Shown here: one piece after another, positions 13,728-25,164 of the stretch
How positions within the stretch are numbered: the first letter of the stretch is position 1
Layout of the letters: every line of letters begins with the position of its first letter
NCBI RefSeq assembly: GCF_036321535.1
Contig: NC_087437.1
Location: 34,598,001-34,662,000, forward strand
Source: Camelus dromedarius
Taxonomy: Eukaryota
Length of the DNA: 64,000 nucleotides
Direction: 5' to 3'
Translations under genes and position numbers: made by a program
Notes under the pieces: generated by a model
Told to the model about the DNA's origin: nothing
What the model saw: only the letters and a program-made list of their open reading frames with translations
Databases searched by the model: none

Positions 13728-14131
13728 TTTGAACTTATCTTTGCAGTTGAATTGGTATATCCTCTTTGTTCCTTTCTTCTTCCTTTTGTGGTTTGGTAAT
13801 TTTCCTTTGTATTATCATGGATTTTATTTAATTTTTGTGACTCCTTTGTAAATTTTTGGCTTGTGGTTACCCTTTTTTGTAAATCTATCAACCCATTACT
13901 ATAACTGTTTTTATTAAACTGATAGTAACATGATCTCAAACCCATCCTACTGTTAAAAAAATTTTAAAAAGAAAGAAAAAAATATTCTATATTTCCCTGC
14001 CTCCCTCTCCCACTCTCAGTGATTTGTATGTCTTCTTTTATAATTTCATGTTTACTTTATTTGTAATTCATGAGTTATCACCTTTCCAGTTGTGTGTTTC
14101 TCATTTCTGTAGCATCCTGCTGCTTTTCTAT

Positions 14132-15034
14132 TTAGAATAGCCCTTTCAATATTTCTTTTAGCATGGGTTTAGTGTTGCTAAACTCCTGCAGCTTTTTTTT
14201 TGTCTGTGAAACTCTTTATTTCTCCTTCTATCCTCAAGGATAGCCTTGCTGGATAAAGGATCCTAGGCTGCATCTTTTTTTCATTCAGGGCTTTGAATAT
14301 ATCTTGCCACTCCCTTCTGGCCTGTAGTGTTTGTGTAGAGAAATCAGCTGAGAGCCTTATGGGGGTTCCCTTGTAACTTACTCTTTGCTTTTCTCTTGCT
14401 GCCTTTAGAATCATTTCTTTATCCTTGACTCTGGCCATCTTGATTATGATATGTCTTGGTGTGGATCTATTTGGGTTCTTCCTGTTTGGGACCCTCTGAG
14501 CTTCCTGTACTTGGATATCTGATTCCTTCTTTAAGTTTGGGAAGTTTTCAGTCATGATTTCTTCAAAAACCTTTTCAATCCCCTTTGATCTTTCTTCTCC
14601 TTCTGGGACCCCTATTATGCGAAGATTGGGACGCTTTATATTATCCCATAGGTCCCTTATGCTATTTTCATTATTTTTTATTTGCTTCTCTTGTAGTTCT
14701 TCTGAATGGGTGCTTTCAATTGCCCTGTCTTCTAGATCACTAATTCGTTCCTCTGCATTATCTAGTCGGCTTTGCACAGCTATTAGATCATTCCTCATCT
14801 CTGTCAATGAGTTTACCCATTCTACTTGGCTCTTCTTTATAGCTTCAATTTCATTTTTGATATATTTTATATCTCTAAACACTATCTCTTTTAATTCCTT
14901 CAGCAATTCGATCACTCCTTTTTTGAAATCTTGATCTAGTAGGCTATCGATGTCTATTTCGTTGACTTTCTTTCAGGGGATTTCTCTTGTTCTTTTAATT
15001 GGGAAAGGTTTTTCTGCTTCTTCATCTTGCTCAT
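14132..15034 (-). pseudogene. L1 ORF1p (~300 aa) with two 1-bp frameshifts
   Basis: ATG at 15034 (MSKMKKQKNLSQLKEQ), coiled coil, WDNIKRPNLRIIGVPEGEE, ARREW, YPARLS. One base missing near 14969 and one extra A in the A9 run at 14193-14201; restored end ...ILKGLF*. Confidence 0.92.
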
Positions 15035-15499
15035 ACCTCTTTGGCACTGTGGTTTATGGAGTATCAGTTGTTTATTTTGGTCCTTAAGGATTTTATCTAT
15101 CTGATGCCTATTTAGGAATAGAACTTAGGAAAAAAAGAAAAAAAAGAGAGAGAGAGAGAAAGAATTTTAAAAGAAGGGAGAAAGAGGGTTTGAAAACAGT
15201 GTATAATGAATAATAGAAGAGTGAGTTGAAGCAGAGTATTAATCGGGTTGAGACGTCCTTTTAAAACCTTTACAAAAAAAGGGGGGGGAGATGAATAGAT
15301 GTATTTGAAACCTGTGTCTAATCAATAGCAGGACATCAAAACCCAAGAGAAATAGAAATGAATTAAGAAGTAAAAATTGAGAGAGTAATAGAAAATAGAA
15401 CAGGTAAAAACAGATTTTAAAAAAAGGGGGGGGGGTTGTCAGTGTTCTCCTGGAGTCTGTGTGCTTTTACTGTGAAGTCTTTCTGTCTTCGTCCTGTTT

Positions 15500-16695
15500 T
15501 GGAAGCTCAGCTTGCTGTTTTCAGAGGCCCTCCGTTGGCGCCCTCTTCTGTGCACTCCCAGGCGCAGATCGCGCCTCCTCCTAACACTGGGTCAGGCGCA
15601 GCTCTCCTCTGCTGTGTGCGGGCGGGTCACTGCCCCTCCGGATGCCGCAGTCAGATGTTGCAGACTGGCCGGGTAGGAGGGCGGGTCGTGCCCCCTCCCA
15701 GCACCTCGGTCAGGCGCTGTGTTCCTGCCCGAAAGGCGGGGGGGCCACTCTCCCTCTACCTGCGCCGCTGGTAGTTCCGCTCTCTGTGCGGCTGTGCGCT
15801 CCACCCTGGTCGGCGCTCCGCAGGTTGGCTCGGGGAAGACCAAGGGACAGCCCTGTCCCTGCTCCGAGCCAAAACCCAGCTCCTTGTTTGTCTTTGTGGA
15901 GCAAGTTCTCTGAGGGACCAGGATGGAAGGATCCTATCTGCCCCGGGCTGTAGGCCAGTCTCAGTCTGGCCTTTGAGGCTGCTAAGCCCTTCAGTGCGGA
16001 TGCAGGTTTCGCCCCCGCCCCCGCCCCCGCCTTGGTGCTAAGCGCGGAGGATATGGCGCCGCCTCTCTTCCCCCGAAAAGTTTCCGTGGGTTTTCAGAGA
16101 TGGGGGTGTGCACCCTTCCCCCGAGAGCACATCAACCTTGCTGTTTTATGGAGGGCCCAGGTTGTTCTGCCCTGTGCACCCACAGCCACGGCGCACAGCC
16201 CCTTGCGTTCCCCCGGGGCTGCCTCCATGCAGCCACTTCTGTCCTCCGCCCGGCTTGTGCAGCCTCGCCCTGCCCGTCGCTGCCTGCCCGCGTCTCAGGC
16301 TGGGTGTCGGGGGGACGCTCTGTGCCCATTTAACTTAGTTCTGTCAGTCAAGGGCTGCTCTGTACAGATCCGAGCCTCGGAGGCTCCCCCTCCGTCCCGC
16401 TGGCCTCTCAGTTGGAGAGAGGAGACCCAGCGAGTGAGCGCCAGTCCTCCTTTGCCGCTCCCTCCCCGCGGGACCCATCCTGCGTCCCGCGTTGCTTTGC
16501 CTTTTGTTCTTTCTTTTTTCCTTTTCTCCTACCAGATTTTTGGCGTCTTTATCTTTTGAGGAGGGCGATGTTCTGTCGGAGTTCCACAGGTGCTCTGGTT
16601 GGCTGAGTGGGTCTGTAGATGTGGGTCTTGGCGTATTTGTGGGAGAGGGTGACCTGCGAGCGTCCTTCTACTCTGCCATCTTCTCCGTCTCTCTC
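15500..16695 (-). promoter_or_regulatory. L1 5'UTR CpG-rich internal promoter
   Basis: Dense retained CpGs, tandem GC boxes at 16012-16031, YY1-like AAGATGGC close to the 5' end. Confidence 0.8.
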
Positions 16696-17868
16696 CCTTT
16701 TATTTCTGTTTACTCAAAATTTCCCTTTGGAATTTCTTATCAAAAACTGTCATCTGGTTATTTTAGTACCTGGATAATTATTTACACAAGTATTTAGCAT
16801 GGTCTTATATTGTCATTTTTTATGGATGTGAGAACTGAATTATATTTAGTAATTTCTTTTTATAGTCATCATTTTTACTTTCATGCTTATCATAAGAAGG
16901 AATTTTTTAAAGATAAGCAAGAAAAGAAAAGAATAAAGGAATAATAAAGTTTGTTGTTTATATGAGTTCCAGCTTTCACTCATATAACTGTTTACTGACA
17001 TACTTCCAACAAATTTAATTAGAATATATTAAAAATGGCAGATGAACTTTTCCATTATGACCATATTAAGGAACACTTTATTTTAAAATGAAACGTTTAA
17101 ACTCAAATCTCAACTTACATCTTGATGCCTTTAAACCATGTCACAAATTTGGGCAGAATTTTTTTTTAACTTATTTTACAGTTAATTGCTGCAAACAACC
17201 AGGAAAATGTTGACATGATTTCCCTCCACAACTTTTCTGGCTTGGAGCTAGAAAGGGGACTATAAGGGTTGAGTGGGAAGGGAACTTGATTGCTCTTAAG
17301 AAATGATCTACTTCTGTCTCAGGTTATACAAAATTATAACATAAACAAAATCCAGTTTGTCAGTGAGAAACTTGTTTTCCTAGGCTGAAGTAAGAAACTT
17401 GTGTACCTAGGCTGTAATATATAATAATAGTTCAATACTTTTAAAAACTACTCGTAAGTGTTCCTGGTCAATAATCCAGCATTTCACTGACGTGACCTAA
17501 CCTAACCAGATAGAAAAGAAAAAGAGGGAAAGAAGTGAGTTGAAAAAGGAAAGGAAAAAGGAGAGGAGGAGAGGTAGGAGGGTGAAAAGAGAGAAATAAG
17601 ACGAACTTAACTCTAACTACCCAGCCCCATGCCTGCCCATTCTCCTTGAAAGCAGCATGAAGTCATAACAACTATATCAAGTAGGTGTTATTGTCCCATC
17701 ATGTCCTCTTACAACTTTGATTTCTTAGTTTATGCTCTAGAGAGACTAGAAAGGAGAGTGACAGTGGACATATTTAAGTAGCTATGCAGACCTAGCACTC
17801 TGATCTTTCATCCTGAAACTAGCTCTAGTGTCCTCGCATGAAGCCAGCAAGTCTCACAGGACTTATAT

Positions 17869-18000
17869 TAGGGTGACCAGAGAGTCTAGTTTTTTCCAGG
17901 AAAGTCCTGTTCACACTTGTTTTCTGGCATACTTATTACTGGAATCCCCTCCACATTTAAAACTGTCCAAATGTGGACAATAAGTGATGTGGGCACCCCA
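17869..18000. mobile_element. MER81/MER94-type hAT-Blackjack MITE
   Basis: Termini TAGGGTGACCA...TGGGCACCC(A) form imperfect TIRs; about 130 bp. Confidence 0.65.
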
Positions 18001-18227
18001 TGCAGGAACCATGCTTGCTGGACCCCCTCTCCTCAGACTCTGTTGCCCTCACGCTTCTCAACTCCATGGAACTGCTTCCAGTCCCTGGACACTACGTGCT
18101 ATTTCATTCTTCTTTTTGGTGACTTCTGTGCTTCCTTAAAGTTCTATTACCTTATTTGTAACAATATTCATGTCATGTTAGTGTCTGTCTCCTTCATTAG
18201 ACTACTAGTTCCTTGAAAATGGAGACT

Positions 18228-18410
18228 TTTTTTTACATTTTTTATTGATTTATAATCATTTTACAATGTTGTGTCAAATTCCAGTGTAGAGCACAATTTT
18301 TGTTATACATGAACATATATATATTCATTGTCACATTTTTTTCTCTGTGAGCTATCATAAGATCTTGTATATATTTCCCTGTGCTATACAGTATAATCTT
18401 GCTTATCTAT
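18228..18410 (-). mobile_element. Very short 5'-truncated young L1 3' end
   Basis: Nearly identical to 9611-9780; exact TSD TGGAGACT at 18220-18227 and 18411-18418. Confidence 0.9.
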
Positions 18411-18599
18411 TGGAGACTATTTTGATTGCATCCATATCACCACTGTCTTGCATTAAATCCAGATATACTACGTGCTCAACACAAGCTTGATGAATAGTGT
18501 CAAAATTTTGTATGTACAAAAAGAAAGTAGACAAAAGTGAAATTCATAATCACATTAGATTTTTTTTAATGTTTCAGGTGATTAAAATTTTTAATATTT

Positions 18600-18755
18600 A
18601 AAAAAATTATTTTAAAAAATTTAATTTGTTTTTTAGAGGAGGAGGTAGTTAGGGTTACTTATTTATTTATTTTTAGAGGAGGTACTGGGGATTGAACCCA
18701 GGACCTTGTGTATGCTAAGCATGCACTCTACCACTTGAGCTATACTCTCCCCCCC
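18600..18755 (-). mobile_element. tRNA-derived SINE, vic-1-like
   Basis: Reverse complement GGGGAGAGTATAGCTCAAGTGGTAGAGTGCATGCTTAGC...GGTTCAATCCC carries Pol III A and B boxes and an A-rich tail. Confidence 0.85.
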
Positions 18756-20974
18756 ATACTGTTTTTATAATAAAATATTTTTAAATGTGTGCAGAGTATT
18801 TTAAAATGCTTTTAAAAGTGGTTCAACCCTCAGTTACTTCTTAAAGTATAGATTAATTAGTCACAGATTTATTGTGAGTTAGAAATGAGCAGCAATAAAG
18901 AATAGAGACCTTAAAATAATTTTTAAAAGGATGCAGACCTATGCAAAACTATCACTGGGATCATTGACGTGATAAGGGAACCAGTTAGGTTCATGGTGGT
19001 CAGGTTACACAGCCCAGTTTTTTGGGCTCCCTTTGCTCCTGGCTGGGCAGACATTTCAGAGGATACTGAGAGCTTCACATGCAGCTGGGGCCAAAAATAT
19101 CTGAGTCATTTGTCCTTATATAAATGCCCTTCTTCACCAAGGCAAAGGAGTGACTGCCCCTACCAGGTTGCAGATGTAGCCGTCAGATCATACCTCTGTT
19201 CATTTTAATTGTACTGTATTGCCCCATTGTTCATTTTAATCTTATTTGGGAGGGGGGCATAACAATGTTGGGGTGCTGGGGAAGGGGTTCAGCACACAGT
19301 GCTTTATTCTGCCAAGGGAATACAGTACTCTGGTGGTAATCACCAACTTGTTCCTTGTCTGGAAAAGGTTGAGTTGTGGGCATTTTTTTCCTTCCACTTT
19401 TATTGAGATATAATTCACATGCAGCACTGTATAAGTTTAAGAGTTACAGCATAATGATTTGACATCATGAAATGATTATCATGATAAGGAAGAATTGCAG
19501 GTATTTTTCAATGTTAGCTAATATACAAAACTTGTGAGAGGAGAGGAAGAAAATTCATATCAATCATGTGCTAGGTTCTGTGATATGTTTTCACATTTAT
19601 TATATGTAGTATAATAAATTATCAGAACATCCCTGTTTTTATCACCATTCAGCACTTAGTAAGTGCCAGAGGCTAGATTTGAATCCAGACCCAGTGGTCC
19701 ATCCATGTGAGAGAAAAGCTCTCTATCTTTGAGGATATGAATAAAAGTGCTACTTCTGTCCTGGAGAAGTTTCATGGGTTGGAATATCATTTTTCACAGC
19801 ATCAAAGAATCTCAACTAGGATAATGAACACCTGTTTTTCTCATTACATGTTCAGGAACAGAGTATATTTCTGACAACTGAGTGTAGAAATGCTTGAGGT
19901 CTGAAATTTTTACTTGCAACCAAAATGGAAAATTAAAAATTAAGCCTGGTTTCACTGGTAGTTACACAGGTGTTTTCAATTTGTAACTCATTGAGCTGTA
20001 CATTTATGATTTTTTCATTTTTCTATATGTATATTAAACTTCCATTTTCTAAAAGTTATTTTTAAAAAGACCAATAAAAAAGTTATTGTAGGAAAAACAA
20101 GGATGTCCCAAGTCTGCATAACCTAAGCAAGTCACACAACCACATCCTGATTCTTTATCTGTAAAAAATAAAGATAATGAAATAAATTGCCACTTTCCCT
20201 CAAGAGATAAGTTTCTATATCTTCCCTTGGTCAGTACATGGTTGAGTTTCTAAGTTAGGGCTTTGTGCTGCTCACCTACATGGTAAGAAGTTTAAAAAAA
20301 GAAAGTTTCTTTCATTCTTGTATTTTAAAACAAATTTCCTGTGACACCACAGAGCCTGCCAGCAACTCTCTCATAATCCTGCCTTTATTTGCATAATCTC
20401 AGAATGATTTACAGAAAACAAACACCTTGCCCTTTCCTCAGGTTTGGCTGGGACAAATGAATCTATAAATGCTCTAAGACAACAGGAAAGGATGTTGAAA
20501 CATTTGTAGAATTTTTCATGAAAATTAACTTTGAGAAAGAAATTACTCTCTTTCATAGAAGAGTCATAATTTCATTTGGATATAATACTCATCCAGAATT
20601 TAAACCCTCACCTGGTTAGCTATCCTGAAAACAAGGTACGATTGCTCAAATGAGAAACAGAGTGAAGGTATATATGTGTGATTATCCTCATTATAGGCAA
20701 AACAAATTAAAGTACTATCCCAGTACTGACAGTGGATCTTATAAAGAATATATCATCAAATTTAATATGAAATAGTGTTAAACCTTTTCTTTTAAAATTT
20801 AATTTACTGAGACTATGGAGGTGGAGAAGAGCTCACACAGTAGTGCAGAGTGCCTAAATTCATCTTGGGAAGTACAGTCTTACCACATGTGTAAGCTGAA
20901 TTATTTCTCTACATTACTGCAGCCTGCAGCTGAATTTGATTAGCTTATTACAATTATGTATTTTTTTCTACATG

Positions 20975-21081
20975 CTATTTTGAAAATTTTTAAACCTACA
21001 GGAGAGTTCAAAAATAGTACAATGAACACCCAATACCCTTCACCTAAATCTACCAATTGTTGACTTTTGCCATTTTTCTGC

Positions 21082-21119
<38 letters not shown>

Positions 21120-21530
21120 GAACCAGTTGAAATTAGCTTGCTGGTATGACCCCTAAGTACTTTAGCATGTATCTCTTTAGAACAAGGACATCCTCTTACA
21201 TAATCACAATACCATCATTGCACTCAAGAAATTTAACATTGATAAGTAACACCATCTAATATATAGTTCATAGTGAAATGTTCCCAATGTTAATAATAAT
21301 TTTTTGGTGAAGGACTCTAAAGACCACACAATGCATTTAGGGGTCATATATCTTAAGTGTATCTTAATTTATTTTTTTTAAGTATATCTTAATTTAGATC
21401 ACTCTTGTGCTCCTTTTTTCTTTCTTCTTTCAAGACATGGACATATTTTGAAAAGTCTGGGTCTGTTGTCTTGTAACACGTCCTACAGTCTAGATTTGTC
21501 TGATGGTTTTTTCATGATAGCTGAACAGGT
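20975..21530 (-). mobile_element. Old L1MC-type 3' fragment
   Basis: AAAATAGTACAATGAACACCC, AGAACAAGGACATCCTCTTACATAA; same type as the 30.8-31.8 kb fragment. Confidence 0.6.
21086..21114. repeat. (TG)n microsatellite
   Basis: About 14 perfect TG units. Confidence 0.95.
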
Positions 21531-21782
21531 TGTGGGAAAAAAAATTCATGTGCATACTTGCATTCCTGTTGTTTTTCCATATATATCCTATGTGTTCCCA
21601 TTTCTGAAACCCTGCTCACACAGACCATCTCTTTAATAAATATCCTTCCCCTACCACATCTCTACAAGGCCTGGTTTGATGTTTAACCTTCTCTAGGGTG
21701 ATTTCCTTGATGCCCTCCATCCTGAAATAATCTTTGACTCCCAGAATATGTTAGCTATTCTCTTCTTATAGCATTTACATTT

Positions 21783-21928
21783 AAAAAAAATTTTATTTTG
21801 GGGGTTTGGTTTTTTTGGGCAGGGGAGGTAATTAGGTTTTTATTTATTTGATGGAGGTACTGGGGACTGAACCCAGGACCCTGTGCATGCTAAGCATGTG
21901 CTTTACCACTGAGCTATAACCTACGCCC
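21783..21928 (-). mobile_element. tRNA-derived SINE, vic-1-like
   Basis: Same head as the copy at 18600-18755; TSD AGCATTTACATTT at 21770-21782 and 21929-21941. Confidence 0.9.
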
Positions 21929-22086
21929 AGCATTTACATTTTTTAAAACTTTGTATTATTATTTTTGTTTGTTCATTTATCTTTTACCTTTTCCCCAATG
22001 AAAGCCACCTAAGGGCAGGTCTAACTTATCTTTGTGTTCTCCCTGGAATCTAGCACATGGTGGTTCACACAGTAGGTAATCTCTCT

Positions 22087-22089
<3 letters not shown>

Positions 22090-22153
<64 letters not shown>
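22090..22153. repeat. (TA)n microsatellite
   Basis: About 32 uninterrupted TA units. Confidence 0.97.
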
Positions 22154-22162
<9 letters not shown>

Positions 22163-24123
22163 TATATTATATATTTGTTGAATAAATGGATAAAGAAATG
22201 AATGAAAATGTTATCTCTTATTTCTGAGACGAAACAAGATGAGTTGGTTAAGAATTTAATGTTTTTAAAGGTTTACCTAATTTCTTCATAACTGTACTTC
22301 CTACATCCAGAATAGTCTACTTAATTTTAAAAAAAATAATAAAATAAACATGTATATTACATGCCTTAGTATAGCTCTTTTAAAATTCAAGTTGCTAAAC
22401 ATTTTGGGGAAGGCTTTCAGTCTGGAGAGTTTATTCTTTAGCTTTGGAAAATAGCATTATATTGTTTCTTTGATAATTTCCTCTTTACATATTTTCCATT
22501 CTCTCTAGAATAAAGTTCTACAAGTCAGATGTTGAAACTTCTGGGCTGATTTTCTACATCTCATCTTTTCTTTCATACTTTCTACCTTCTACTTTTGAAA
22601 GGTTTTCTTCCAACCTATTATTGATCTTTTTAAATTTTGGAAACTGTATTTTTAATTTTCAAGAGTTACGTTTTTATTTTTTGAGTGACCTTTTAAATAG
22701 CATTCATTTCTCATTTTGTGGATGCAATATATTCAGCTCTCTGGAAATATTAATTAGACCTTGCTGAAAATTTTCTTCTGTTCCCTGCATTACCTCTGTT
22801 AAAACTTTCTTAAAGCCTTCTTATTTTTACCTTGGTCCTTCTCTCATCATATTGAAGGCATGTTATGTATAAAGTGTGAAAACCTCTGTGCACTGAGAGC
22901 TCCATGTACATGAGCAAGGTTTACCAACTGCCAGGTTGGTGACAGGTTAATTAAATGCTAAGTTAGGCATTATGATGTGGAAACTCCCAACTGTTAAAAC
23001 ATGGTCTTTTCTCTGACATCATACAAATTTTTTAGATAGAAGGGTTTTGGGGTTTTTTGGGGGGGGCTTGGGGAATAACATCTCATTCTGAATGGTCACC
23101 CAGCAGAGGTGTGTGTGTGTTTTCTGCTCCTTATTCAGACTTAGAGCAATCCTCTGTTTTCAGTCATTCCTCTTGCTTCTTCCCTTGGTATCCTGGGCAT
23201 CAGCACTCTAAGCCTCTGCTTTATTCTGCTGCATCAGTTCCCAATTCATCTTCCACCTATATTCCACCTTCCAGAACTCTGTTGATGGACTCTCCTGCTC
23301 TTGTTATGGATTCATATTTTCTTTTTATTCCTTTACCACCATTTTGGTGGAGTCTTGAGAAGGAGAAGAGATAAATGCATGTATTCAATCTGCCACCTTT
23401 AATCAGACTGCTTAATTTTAAAAGTGTTTGTTACAAACTTCCCCCCTGTAAATTCAGTCTTGTGAAGAGTGTAAATTTTCTACCTAGAAGATTAAGGAAG
23501 TGATTCTCTATATGATTACAGGAGTAAGGTTCAGATAACTTTGGATGGTTTAAAGTTACCTACTGAATAATCTGGAAAAGGAGAAGTAATAAAGATACTG
23601 CTCAGGGAAGTATGAGATGAATTATGTCTTCACCATTTCAGAAGTCTGGTTTTTTATTTAAAACTGGGATAAGATAAATGGTCAAATAACTAGAGAAGGT
23701 CTACAAACCACCTGTAAAGTTTTTACTCTGCTACCAAACCATGCTCCCATGCATGTCTGAACCTTTGATTACCCTCGATTTCCAATGTCTGGAAGAGAAC
23801 CAGCTGCAGTGTCACGCAGGCAGGCCCCTCCCAAGTCCCACTCACTCACAAAGAATTTCCCCTTTGAGCTTCTACGACACTGGCTGGTTACTCACACCAC
23901 AGATTCCTCAGGATTGGCTGGGACTGGAAATAAAACACTGTTTGCCCATAATCAAGATGATAAGCTACAACATAAATGCACACAAGTTCCTATTCGTACA
24001 ATATAATATGAAGCATTTGCTCTCTTCTTTCCTCCTAATTCTTTCATGTAAGATCTGAGAGGAAACATTGTCTCTGGCCAAGAGAGGGTTTTTTTCCCTA
24101 AAGGGGGAAAAAAAAAGCCTGAA

Positions 24124-24696
24124 ATGGGTTTGTTGAAGTCTAAAAACCTCAAGCAAGCCCAAATTCTTCTTCTGGGACTTGACTCTGCTGGGAAGTCTAC
24201 ACTCCTTTATAAATTAAAGCTTGCTAAGGATATTGTGACCTTCCCAACAATAGGTTTCAACGTGGAGATGATCGAGCTGGAAAGGGGTCTCTTGCTCACG
24301 GTCTGGGACATTGGAGGACAGGAAAAAATGAGAACTGTGTGGGGTGATTTCTGTGAGAACACCGACGGGCTGGTGTATGTTGTGGATAGTACGGACAATC
24401 AGCGGCTGGAAGACTCCAGGAGAGAATTTGAGCACATTTTGAAAAACGAGCACATTCAAAATGTGCCTGTTGTCCTGTTAGCCAACAAACAAGATGTGCC
24501 TGGAGCTCTGACGGCAGAGGACATCACCAGAATGTTCAAAGTGAAAAAACTCTGCAGTGACCGGAACTGGTATGTGCAACCCTGCTGCGCCGTCACCGGA
24601 GACGGGCTGGTGGAGGGGTTCCAGAAGCTAACTGGGTTTGTGAAAAGCCGCATGAAATCAAGAGGAGACACTTTAGCATTCTTCAAGCAGAACTGA
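24124..24696 (+). CDS. ARL14: ADP-ribosylation factor-like GTPase 14, single coding exon, 190 aa
   Basis: MG myristoylation start, G1 GLDSAGKS, PTIGFNVE, G3 WDIGGQ, G4 NKQD; C-terminus KKLCSDRNWYVQPCCA...KSRMKSRGDTLAFFKQN is characteristic of ARL14; strong Kozak GAAATGG. Confidence 0.96.
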   Translation: MGLLKSKNLKQAQILLLGLDSAGKSTLLYKLKLAKDIVTFPTIGFNVEMIELERGLLLTVWDIGGQEKMRTVWGDFCENTDGLVYVVDSTDNQRLEDSRREFEHILKNEHIQNVPVVLLANKQDVPGALTAEDITRMFKVKKLCSDRNWYVQPCCAVTGDGLVEGFQKLTGFVKSRMKSRGDTLAFFKQN

Positions 24697-24941
24697 GGTC
24701 CAAGTGCGGAAAGAGACACTGATGAAGTTGAAAGGGTAATTTTTTTCCAGACCAAGTGAGAAAAGCAAGTTGCTGAGTTGGTAAAATTTTAGGAAAATTC
24801 AATTAAACAACTCAGAATAATATCTAGAAAATATTATTTTGGTCCAGGCACTTTAGAAAACTATGTGGTAATGATAATTGAGAAGGAAATTTTTATAATT
24901 TTGTACATGTTGGATGATTCAGGATAATCATATTTGGGACC

Positions 24942-25164
24942 AAATAAATTCTTGCTGTATTATTTTTTAATGACTACTAGAACAAAGTTTAAGTAACCTG
25001 CTAATAGAGTCAGAATTCTTTCAGATTGTTTCCAGTTGTTACAGGTATTGAATTTCCACCATCCTCCTATGAGATAGCTGGGTGGTATAAAAAAATGAAC
25101 TTTAAATTATGGAGAGGAAAACGTTGGATGTTAACATTTTGTAAACCCCTATCCCCTAAATAAA
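24942..25164 (+). terminator. Candidate ARL14 polyadenylation signals
   Basis: AATAAA at 24942-24947 and 25159-25164; the second is followed by a T-rich tract. Confidence 0.55.

Larger units (their letters stand above)
9611..16695 (-). mobile_element. Full-length young LINE-1 (~7.1 kb)
   Basis: TSD CCTTTTATTTCT at 9599-9610 and 16696-16707. Minus-strand 5' end GAGAGAGACGGAGAAGATGGC (YY1-like), CpG-rich 5'UTR, ORF1, spacer, ORF2, 3'UTR with AATAAA (9625-9630) and a short poly(A). Confidence 0.97.

Noticed and set aside
10433..14934. Long hydrophobic + strand ORFs (186, 130, 202 and 126 aa)
   Set aside because: Well-known antisense shadows of A-rich L1 ORF1 and ORF2
24207..24755. Minus-strand ORFs over ARL14
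   Set aside because: Antisense shadows of the real CDS
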